From IMG/VR virus record IMGVR_UViG_2671180458_000011: a DNA stretch of 23,839 nucleotides; one strand, given 5' to 3'. Positions 16,757 to 23,839 of the stretch are shown here, in pieces (the stretch's first letter is position 1; the number at the start of each line of letters is the position of its first letter). The notes beneath the pieces were generated by a model. The model did not search any database. It was given only the letters and a program-made list of their open reading frames with translations, and was not told the origin of the DNA. Source of the stretch: a virus (Duplodnaviria > Heunggongvirae > Uroviricota > Caudoviricetes). The translations under genes and the position numbers were made by a program.

Positions 16757-18044
16757 ACGCTTAAAAACTCATTCTAAAACCCAAAAGAAAAGCGCCGATT
16801 TAGTATCAAATAAGTTGCGTATCGGCGTTTTTCAGCGGTATCAAATGAAATGCAAATCGGTATCAAAAAAATCGCCGCGCTATAATAAGCAGCTCAGAGC
16901 TGCCAATAAAGTCACTAACGTGCTGGATACAGAACTCACATCAGCCCGTGCCGCGGAACGTAAGGCCCAGCAAACTGCACAACAAGGTATGAAGGAAGAA
17001 GAGCGAGAGTTGTGCGCGTCACATTTTCCAGTGGTGACTTTGGAGCAATTGCCTGACATTCGCGATTTAGAACGTCAACATGAGCGGGGAATTCAGCATG
17101 AAATTGAAAGAGTTAAAGCTGAACTACATCGACTGAACATTGAGTTGACCAAACGTATGTCTGAAGCCAAACGTGTGGATACCGGGGCGCTCGTTGAGGC
17201 AGGGGCTGATTTGGACGATATTACTGTTTATTTACAGCGTTTGCAGGAACTGACCGAAGAAGCCCTGCCGGAAAAGCTCAATCGCTTCCTTGATTATCTT
17301 AACCGTTCATCCGATGACGGCGTAACACAACTGCTTAGCCATATTGAGCATGAGGTGCTGGTGATTGAGGAGCGCCTCAATGAACTCAATGAAACTATGT
17401 TCAGGGTTGATTTTCAGCCGTATCGCTACCTGCGTCTGGATACCAAAAAAGTTGTCCATGAAAGCCTGCGCACGCTTGAAAAAGCACAGCGTCAGCTAAA
17501 TGCCGCCCGATTTGTTGATGATAATGGCGAGAGCTATTATAAGGCTTTGCAGATACTGGTGGCGCAATTGCGGGATGCTTGTGAACGAAACCGTACCCTG
17601 GGAGCAAAAGCGCTACTGGATCCCCGTTTTCGACTGGAGTTCGCCGTATCGGTGATGGATCGTCAGAGCGGAAATGTGATTGAGTCTCGTACCGGCTCAC
17701 AGGGTGGTAGCGGTGGAGAAAAAGAGATTATCGCTTCTTACGTGTTAACAGCTTCACTTAGCTACGCACTTTGTCCTGCGGGGAGCCGTTATCCGCTTTT
17801 CGGTACCATTATCCTTGATGAAGCCTTCTCCCGCAGTTCTCATGCGGTGGCGGGTAGGATCATTGCCGCGCTTAGAGAATTTGGCTTACATGCAGTATTT
17901 ATCACCCCCAATAAGGAAATGCGCCTGCTGCGTGACCATACTCGTTCGGCGATTGTTGTCCACCGGCGCGGTCAGAATTCCAATATGGCTTCTCTGAGCT
18001 GGGAAGAGCTTGAACGACACTACCAGCGACGGGGGAACGCGTAG
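16749..18044 (+). pseudogene. jetC 3' fragment: C-terminal half of a Wadjet SMC-like ATPase, truncated by the prophage
   Basis: Contains signature-like GSGGEKE, Walker B IILDEAF and an H-loop His but no Walker A; the first 48 codons or so (16749-16896) are a Lys-rich read-through of phage-end sequence; coiled-coil-like sequence begins about 16897. Confidence 0.6.
16800..16896 (+). repeat. prophage right-end repeat array (candidate transposase-binding sites) ending in CA
   Basis: Three direct copies of GTATCAAA at 16803, 16838 and 16860 plus ATCGGCG/ATCGCCG motifs; GCGTTTTTC at 16825-16833 resembles part of the Mu R-end; terminal CA at 16895-16896. Confidence 0.4.
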
Positions 18045-18045
18045 G

Positions 18046-19194
18046 ATGTATTCCCCAGATGAATTGCGTGAAAAGCTTGCCCGGCAGTGGGATAGCGCAA
18101 AACTTCGGGCTGAACGCTTACTGTCCCCCGGTAACTGGCCGCTCTGCCTGCCTATTGGTAAACCTTCCACGAAAATATTTGCAGAGCAGACTCAGCGCGT
18201 TTTGCAGCACGTACAGCGATGGAGGCAAGTTGCGGTTGGGCACGTGGAATGGGAAGCGGTGAGTTATCGGGCAAGTGATACACCAGTATTAATGCCGTTG
18301 CGCTGGATTCTGAATAGCCCTTCTGAGTGGATCAACGCCGCTGCGGATCCGGTTGTGAGCCGGGAATTTCGCTTGCTGGAAGGAATTATTGAACAAGTTA
18401 ATCCCATTTTTCACCCGCTGTTGGTAAAGCATCGCTCTCTCTGGCGGCACAAAGATCCGCAGGGCGTCATCAGCGCCGCCACGCTGGCCTGCCGATTAGA
18501 GCCGGGCTGCGCAAAAGGGCTGCCGTTAAGATTGCTTTCCGGGCAAGGAGTGGATACCAAATTTATCGAGAATAATATTTCGTTATTAACCCGACTGTTA
18601 GACGTGCGGTTTTCAGGAGAAGCCAGCGAGCAGGGATTAACAACTTTTCTTGATGCTTTTGATGAGTCCAGTCACTGGGTTTTAGTTGTACCATTATCAC
18701 CCGGCTTACTTCCTTTTAAAAAATGCCGGGTAACAACGGCGGAACTGGCAGAAACAACATTACCTGCGTCGCAAGTACTGGTGGTTGAAAATGAGCAGTG
18801 TCTGCATCATCTTCCAGCATTATCTGACACTATCGCGATTTTAGGCTGTGGCCTGGACGTGCAATGGCTATCCAGTTCTGTTCTGGATGAAAAACGCGTT
18901 GCTTATTGGGGGGACATGGATAGCTGGGGATTACTGATGCTGGCGAGAGCCAGGCGCTGTCGTCCGACGCTTGATGCCCTGCTCATGAACCGTGAGTTGT
19001 TTGAGCAGTATGCCAGTCATAGCGCCGTTCCAGAACCGGTCATAGCGAAGGAAGCTGTACCTGATGGCTTGCTTAACGAAGAGGCCGATTTTTATCGCTA
19101 CTTAACCCGTTTACCGTGTGGTCGTCTGGAGCAGGAGTTTTTGCCAGTGGGGATTGCGGAAGAGGTGCTTCTCAGGTGGGGAAAAGAGAGTTAA
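18046..19194 (+). CDS. JetD-like Toprim-domain protein (Wadjet subunit D)
   Basis: ATG at 18046 two nt after the jetC stop (ORF track starts at TTG 18010); about 382 aa with VVENE and YWGDMD motifs typical of the DUF2220 Toprim-like domain. Confidence 0.65.
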   Translation: MYSPDELREKLARQWDSAKLRAERLLSPGNWPLCLPIGKPSTKIFAEQTQRVLQHVQRWRQVAVGHVEWEAVSYRASDTPVLMPLRWILNSPSEWINAAADPVVSREFRLLEGIIEQVNPIFHPLLVKHRSLWRHKDPQGVISAATLACRLEPGCAKGLPLRLLSGQGVDTKFIENNISLLTRLLDVRFSGEASEQGLTTFLDAFDESSHWVLVVPLSPGLLPFKKCRVTTAELAETTLPASQVLVVENEQCLHHLPALSDTIAILGCGLDVQWLSSSVLDEKRVAYWGDMDSWGLLMLARARRCRPTLDALLMNRELFEQYASHSAVPEPVIAKEAVPDGLLNEEADFYRYLTRLPCGRLEQEFLPVGIAEEVLLRWGKES

Positions 19195-19552
19195 AAAAGT
19201 CATGCTTGCTCTGGAAGGTTATTTACGCGGTATTTTGTAGTGGTTGTTGCGAAAGTCTGCGTTGATGGTCCTGATACCTTACCGGGTAGAGGGACTTTCC
19301 ATCAGTCAGTTTAGATACTGTGGCAACTGTCGCCTTTAGGTGGACAAATGCATAAATTATTAAACTATTAAATTTCTTGTTTTCAGGCAGCAGAGAGAAG
19401 GTATATCAGAGGGTACTGAGGTGTATAAACGTCACGAACATCCGTGAAAAGGCGAAAAAAACCAGCCAATAGATAATGCTTTGCAATGGCCAGAAATCTA
19501 CCGTAGCCAGAAAGTGAAAAAGCCCCGCTTTGCAGCGAGGCCTTATGAATAG

Positions 19553-19575
19553 TGGTGCCCGGACTCGGAATCGAA
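19553..19575 (-). repeat. 3'-terminal 23 nt of tRNA-Phe (att-type direct repeat); not a functional tRNA
   Basis: Minus strand reads TTCGATTCCGAGTCCGGGCACCA, matching the 3' end of E. coli tRNA-Phe (T-loop, acceptor strand, CCA); sequence further upstream does not form a tRNA body. Confidence 0.65.
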
Positions 19576-19747
19576 GATTTCATTTATCATATTGATATTA
19601 ATCTCGTTTATTTGGTTTGATGAAAAATGTACCCTCTCTTGTACCCTCGGTCCCTTCTGGTGGTTTTTATGAGAACAAGTAGATCAAGATTTTTGTCATC
19701 AGAACACGTGTATTTTTGTGGGTTTTATTCCTGAGTTTTATTCCTTT

Positions 19748-20590
19748 TTATATCGCTAACGCTCCGGGATAGTGCTTAGCAATAATATCATTAAGCCTGT
19801 CAACCAGCTCTGGTTTCCTGAACGTGATGTGCGCGGAGCCCTTCTTAAAGTATCTGATGCTGAACATCTCATCTTCATAGTCCTCTTTACCCTGAACAGA
19901 CTGGACGTGATCATCCAGATGAATAGTGATGTTTTCCCGGTTGTCGGGGATCGGTTTGCCGCTGAACAGGTGTAGCATTCTTTCCAGATCAGCAAGTCGA
20001 TCTGCCTGTTGCCCGGTGATAAGATGAAAGCCCCACCGGTCCCACCTCATCAGGTTGTTGACGATAATTTTACTGCCAAATTTGCAGGGGCAATTGGTTT
20101 TGTAATTCCAGCTCAACCCTCTGAAGACGTTGATCACCCCCCGCTCAAACACCTCATCCTTATTCTGGTGCAGTTGTTCAAATGTGCTCAGAATGTTCGC
20201 TTCACTGATTTCCGGAAAATTATCGTATTCCAGTGACCGGTACCATGTATCACGGGCCTGTGCATCCATTAAGGAAAGCATCCCGGAACGTTGCATCAGG
20301 TCACGCCAGATTTCGCGATCGAGATTGCGTGTGATGGCTTTCATTGCGGTTTCAGGTTTCTCCATCAGCCAGCAACCGCAGTGAAAATTCTGTTTCATGG
20401 CCCAGTCCAGTGCGGTTTTACCGCCAATGCTTTCTGTCATTGCTGAGATTTCAGCCAGTTGCCGGATAAGTGTGTCGATTTGCAGCAGTGTACTCTTTCG
20501 TACAGCCAGAATGTGGAGGATACTGGTTGAGCAGATAACGTCCGTATGCCAGTTGACAACTTCCGGACGGGAGACTGTGATATCAGACAT
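19748..20590 (-). CDS. conserved hypothetical protein (280 aa; possibly DUF4942 family)
   Basis: Long ORF at the extreme island end next to the att repeat; family name is a tentative recollection. Confidence 0.5.
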   Translation of the reverse strand: MSDITVSRPEVVNWHTDVICSTSILHILAVRKSTLLQIDTLIRQLAEISAMTESIGGKTALDWAMKQNFHCGCWLMEKPETAMKAITRNLDREIWRDLMQRSGMLSLMDAQARDTWYRSLEYDNFPEISEANILSTFEQLHQNKDEVFERGVINVFRGLSWNYKTNCPCKFGSKIIVNNLMRWDRWGFHLITGQQADRLADLERMLHLFSGKPIPDNRENITIHLDDHVQSVQGKEDYEDEMFSIRYFKKGSAHITFRKPELVDRLNDIIAKHYPGALAI

Positions 20591-20674
20591 AATCGATATT
20601 CCTTTTTGCAGATAAATGAAAACGCCAGCCCTGTTCAGGCTGGCGTCAGTGGAATGAAGTCTGGTGAGTGAGAG

Positions 20675-20872
20675 TCACCGGTTCTGGTGCAGAAGCTGCA
20701 ACTGGCGCAGTGTACGGATATCTTCCCTGGCCTGTTCAATGCAGGGCAGCAGTGCTGCCGAATCCGTTTTATCCTCATCGTTGTCAAAGATAATTCCCGA
20801 TTCGCAGTCGATATTGTCCTGCAGCCACGCAATCAGAATATCCAGCGCTGTTTCCGTGGTTAATGATTTCAT
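20675..20872 (-). CDS. small conserved protein (65 aa; YeeW-like, possibly DUF957)
   Basis: ATG at 20872, 11 nt after the stop of the upstream gene; the ORF track's longer version (to 20917) overlaps that gene. Confidence 0.45.
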   Translation of the reverse strand: MKSLTTETALDILIAWLQDNIDCESGIIFDNDEDKTDSAALLPCIEQAREDIRTLRQLQLLHQNR

Positions 20873-20883
20873 GTTGTTTCTGG

Positions 20884-21372
20884 TTACCAGTTGAAAGTGG
20901 GTAAACCCGGCAGGCATTCAGCGCTGGCATCCAGATGAATGAGACTGACGCCATAACGTCGGGTAAGTGTGACAACCAGACGGCGGAACGTTTTTGACAG
21001 CCCCAGGCGTTTAAGCCGCAGAACCGGGTATGACCACGCATCGGTACGTAACAGATATCCGCTACCTGTGAAATGAATCCATTCTGATTCGCCGGTGTCA
21101 TTCGTCTGATGTGACAGCGAGTACAGCCAGGCGTTGTCCTTTGCAGTGATATGCGCGGTACTGCAGCGTATGCCGGTCAGGGCAGCAAATGGTGGCGTGC
21201 AGTCTGTTGAGACCCGGTCAGATTCATCAACAACACGAAGGGAGTGGCCATTGTCGCAGACCACGTTAATCAGTTCAGCGAGATTAACACCATCGACGTC
21301 AACGACAATTCGTCCCATGTTCAGCGTCTGCACGTTAACGCTGTCTGCTTCCAGCGTCAGAGTCAGTTTCAT
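20884..21372 (-). CDS. conserved hypothetical protein (162 aa; possibly DUF5983), translationally coupled to cbtA
   Basis: Start overlaps the cbtA stop (ATGA-type overlap at 21369-21372). Confidence 0.5.
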   Translation of the reverse strand: MKLTLTLEADSVNVQTLNMGRIVVDVDGVNLAELINVVCDNGHSLRVVDESDRVSTDCTPPFAALTGIRCSTAHITAKDNAWLYSLSHQTNDTGESEWIHFTGSGYLLRTDAWSYPVLRLKRLGLSKTFRRLVVTLTRRYGVSLIHLDASAECLPGLPTFNW

Positions 21373-21746
21373 TGTTTCGCCTCCGGATGCTTCCCCTGGG
21401 TAATGTTATTTACCGTTCTGTAATTGTCGCGGGTCATCAGGCCGGTCGCCCTGCGAGCCCGGAGGATATCGATGCTGTTTATTAACTGAGAACGGGTACA
21501 GGCATTGAATTCCGGCTGGTCGGTACGCACCAGTGCGTATTTTTCAACAAGAAAGTTCACTGCATCGCACAGTGAAATGCCAGCTTCAATATGCTGCTCA
21601 ATCACACGTTCATCGGCAAACGGTGTGTCATTCAGTGTGAGGCCATAATGCTGGTCCAGCAGTCGGATGAGCAGTGTCTGCCAGATGGTGACGGGAGACG
21701 GGCAGCGAGATACCTCCCGTACATGTGTGTCGGATAATGTTTTCAT
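21369..21746 (-). CDS. cbtA: CbtA/YeeV-family toxin (type IV TA, cytoskeleton-targeting)
   Basis: [14 protein letters not shown]...[48 protein letters not shown] matches the CbtA/YeeV/YkfI/YpjF family; start taken at the internal ATG 21746 (ORF track 21848 extends into the antitoxin gene). Confidence 0.85.
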   Translation of the reverse strand: MKTLSDTHVREVSRCPSPVTIWQTLLIRLLDQHYGLTLNDTPFADERVIEQHIEAGISLCDAVNFLVEKYALVRTDQPEFNACTRSQLINSIDILRARRATGLMTRDNYRTVNNITQGKHPEAKQ

Positions 21747-21792
21747 CTTAAGTTCTCTGTAACTGGTAGTGCTAAAGGTGAGAGCTTCGGGG

Positions 21793-22167
21793 TTATGAGG
21801 TGGTTGCGGGTGCCTGTGCCGGATAAACAGCCAGATAAACGTAACCACAGGAGCCGAGGGTGTCGGCTTCGCAGGTCAGCCCTTTTGCATACAGCGTGAC
21901 GGTATGCTGATTTCGGGGATTCAGTTCACCGCTGGTGAGCATGAGTTCCAGTTGTTTCATCAGCAGCGGAAAGGCCTGGTCCAGATGGTATGCATCTGCG
22001 TCGCTGAAGCGGCCGCTGATACCGGCGCGGTCGGCAAGGTAATGCAACCGGTTACCCTCCTGCACCAGACGGGCGCCAAAACAGGGTTTCACTGTGCAGG
22101 GAAGCCCCCACCAGGGGCGGTCGTGATTGTCGTCGGGATGAGTTATCCCGGAGAGTTTGTCTGACAC
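21793..22167 (-). CDS. cbeA: CbeA/YeeU-family antitoxin (type IV TA)
   Basis: 124 aa with [16 protein letters not shown]...[19 protein letters not shown], the YeeU/YfjZ/YafW family pattern; directly upstream of the toxin. Confidence 0.85.
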   Translation of the reverse strand: MSDKLSGITHPDDNHDRPWWGLPCTVKPCFGARLVQEGNRLHYLADRAGISGRFSDADAYHLDQAFPLLMKQLELMLTSGELNPRNQHTVTLYAKGLTCEADTLGSCGYVYLAVYPAQAPATTS

Positions 22168-22329
22168 GATAAAATCCTCTCTGAAAAGTGGTTAAGAATG
22201 GTTTAACGATGACAGGTCAGCCGGGGCACTGACCGGTTTCGGTGAAGATGTATGCATTGATGAGAATGGCCTCATCCACAGCGGCGTCTGAGGTCATCTG
22301 GTCGTACTCGTTTCCCGGGTGACGGAACA

Positions 22330-22551
22330 TCAGTTCAGGGTGACGCTCATCAGCCGGACATACGGGCCAAAACTGTCCTTATGGCGTTCAGCAAACACGG
22401 CCAGCACACCGGGAATATCCTGCACTTCACGACCGGTATACGCTTCAGTGCTGCCGTGCCAGCGGTATTTGCCGGTACAGAAAGGAAAAAGACGGGATGC
22501 CGGATGTTGTTGGTGAATACGCATGGCTTCACCACGGGTGATGATTTTCAT
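22330..22551 (-). CDS. YeeT/YpjJ-like protein (DUF987)
   Basis: 73 aa, MKIITRGEAMRIHQQHPASRLFPFCTGKYRWHG pattern of the YeeT family; conserved position between RadC-like and antitoxin genes. Confidence 0.8.
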   Translation of the reverse strand: MKIITRGEAMRIHQQHPASRLFPFCTGKYRWHGSTEAYTGREVQDIPGVLAVFAERHKDSFGPYVRLMSVTLN

Positions 22552-22613
22552 AGTGTGATACCTCTGAAGACAGAAGATAAAAGTGAAAACAAGCGTGATG
22601 TGGTTGTGACGGG

Positions 22614-23105
22614 TTAAAGCAGACCATGTTCGGCAAAGGAGAAAACCTGGTTGCCACCGACTATCAGATGGTCCGGCACCCGGATATCCACCAGGCCCAG
22701 TGCCTGTACCAGACGTTCCGTGATAAGGCGGTCTGCCTTGCTGGGTGTGACTTCACCGGACGGGTGATTGTGCGCCAGCACCACGGCAGCGGCATTGTGG
22801 TACAGGGCGCGTTTAATCACTTCCCGGGGATGGACTTCCGTGCGGTTGATGGTGCCGGTGAAGAGGGTTTCACCGGCAATCAACTGATTCTGGTTATTCA
22901 GATACAGCACCCGGAATTCTTCACGCTCCAGTCCCGCCATGTTCAGAATCAGCCATTCCCGTGCCGCACGGGTGGAGGTGAAGGCCACGCCGGGTTCATG
23001 AAGATGGCGGTCCAGGGTTTTCAGGGCCCGCAGAATGAGACTGCGCTCACCGGGCGTCATCTCTCCGGGCAGAAAGGAAAGTTGTTGCATTGTGCTTCTC
23101 TCCAT
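22614..23105 (-). CDS. RadC-like JAB-domain protein (YeeS/YfjY/YkfG family)
   Basis: 163 aa with the HNHPSG JAMM-type motif; likely start at the internal ATG (MQQLSFLPGE). Confidence 0.85.
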   Translation of the reverse strand: MERSTMQQLSFLPGEMTPGERSLILRALKTLDRHLHEPGVAFTSTRAAREWLILNMAGLEREEFRVLYLNNQNQLIAGETLFTGTINRTEVHPREVIKRALYHNAAAVVLAHNHPSGEVTPSKADRLITERLVQALGLVDIRVPDHLIVGGNQVFSFAEHGLL

Positions 23106-23591
23106 TCAGTCGATGATGCGCATAATGGCGCTGCATTCCGGATGCTGCAGGGCGTAATCCCGCAACCGGTAATAATGGACCGTCATGGCATAACACTCCG
23201 TACGACAGGCATGATGACTGTACGTCATCAGACAGGCGGCAATGCCGGCGGCTTCCGGGCTCATTTCAGCGCGGTTACCGTTCATGGCATTGAACAGTAC
23301 CCAGTTTTCGCCATCATCGTCATCCGGTTCGGGGGCCATAAATGCGCCACCGTTGTTCAGTGTGTACAGATTCCAGATACCACCGCAGTAGTCTTCGCAA
23401 AGACGGTCCATCCAGCCGAAGATACGGGGCTCCAGGGTCACCCACTGTGGAATGAGGCCAAAATGCTGCGGCCAGAAGCTGATGCGCTGTTCATCAGGGA
23501 CTATGGTGGCAACCAGCTGAGACTGGTCATTCCCTGATGCAGCGGTTACGGAAACAGAAGATGTGGTGGAATTATGTGAAATGGTTTTCAT
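23106..23591 (-). CDS. antirestriction protein (YfjX/YafX/KlcA-ArdB-like)
   Basis: 161 aa; sequence pattern of the CP4-type antirestriction family; immediately upstream of the RadC-like gene as in CP4 islands. Confidence 0.75.
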   Translation of the reverse strand: MKTISHNSTTSSVSVTAASGNDQSQLVATIVPDEQRISFWPQHFGLIPQWVTLEPRIFGWMDRLCEDYCGGIWNLYTLNNGGAFMAPEPDDDDGENWVLFNAMNGNRAEMSPEAAGIAACLMTYSHHACRTECYAMTVHYYRLRDYALQHPECSAIMRIID

Positions 23592-23645
23592 GAAATGACT
23601 CCTTAAAGGACAAATAAATGCGTGGTTTTCAGGGTAATGGCTGAA

Positions 23646-23839
23646 TCAGCCCACGCCCCCCAGCCGCGTTTCCCCCCTCACCCACCATGCGCGGCTGAGC
23701 TTACTGTCAGTGTCAATGCCGTGAATCGCACGGGTATGGATACGTTTCCCTTTAGCCCTGCGCCCTGAAATTCCGCCTTTCAGCATCTTCTCCTGAATGG
23801 TCTGATAAGCACTCCACAGCTCCTTCCCGTACTCCTCCC
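23646..23839 (-). CDS. 3' end of an unidentified CDS running off the window edge (partial)
   Basis: Minus-strand frame open from the window edge to a TGA at 23646-23648, translating ...EEYGKELWSAYQTIQEKMLKGGISGRRAKGKRIHTRAIHGIDTDSKLSRAWWVRGETRLGGVG; not in the ORF track because its start is outside the window. Confidence 0.4.
   Translation of the reverse strand, partial: EEYGKELWSAYQTIQEKMLKGGISGRRAKGKRIHTRAIHGIDTDSKLSRAWWVRGETRLGGVG

Larger units (their letters stand above)
1..16896 (+). mobile_element. Mu-like transposable prophage, right-hand portion (tail module to right end); left boundary lies outside the window
   Basis: Gene order sheath-tube-chaperone-tape measure-N-P-gp45-gp46-gp47-gp48-tail fiber-invertible segment-gin-com-mom matches the phage Mu late region and right end. 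Right boundary is placed at the CA dinucleotide at 16895-16896, after a repeat array and where the downstream reading frame changes from low-complexity to protein-like; boundary uncertain by about 100 bp. Confidence 0.65.
19553..23839 (-). mobile_element. distal end of a CP4-like integrative island at a phe tRNA site; continues beyond the window
   Basis: All genes on the minus strand in the same orientation as the tRNA fragment; gene content (antirestriction, RadC-like, YeeT, CbeA, CbtA) is the signature CP4-type module. Confidence 0.6.

Noticed and set aside
19383-19583. 66-aa minus-strand ORF overlapping the tRNA-Phe fragment
   Set aside because: Begins inside the tRNA-derived att repeat in intergenic DNA with no ribosome-binding site; most likely spurious.
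19530-19600. Possible complete tRNA gene
   Set aside because: Only the 3'-terminal 23 nt match tRNA-Phe; upstream sequence cannot form D or anticodon arms, so this is an att fragment, not a tRNA gene.
1-23839. CRISPR arrays, rRNA genes, insertion sequences with their own transposase
   Set aside because: No regularly spaced short direct repeats, no rRNA-like sequence and no IS-type transposase ORF were seen; the only recombinase genes are gin and, by inference outside the window, the island integrase and Mu-type transposase.

Overview
The window reads as three juxtaposed units. (1) 1 to about 16.9 kb: the right-hand half of a Mu-like (transposable-phage-type) prophage. It carries a contiguous myovirus tail/baseplate module on the + strand (sheath, tube, chaperone, tape measure, N-like, P-like, gp45-48-like, tail fiber), then a Gin-invertible G-like segment bounded by two 26-bp gix-like sites, the gin invertase, an AT-rich cargo insert (large SGNH/SASA-type esterase plus three small genes), then com-mom and a repeat-rich right end. 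(2) About 16.9 to 19.2 kb: the prophage appears to have inserted into jetC of a Wadjet-type (JetABCD) SMC-like defense operon, leaving a C-terminal jetC fragment and an apparently intact jetD. (3) 19.55 to 23.8 kb: a 23-nt tRNA-Phe 3'-end fragment (att-type repeat) marks the distal end of a CP4-like integrative island encoded on the minus strand (antirestriction, RadC-like, YeeT, CbeA/CbtA type IV toxin-antitoxin, three conserved unknowns). All calls come from reading the sequence and ORF translations by eye; no database search or computation was run, so family names are recognition-based and coordinates of sites are hand-indexed.
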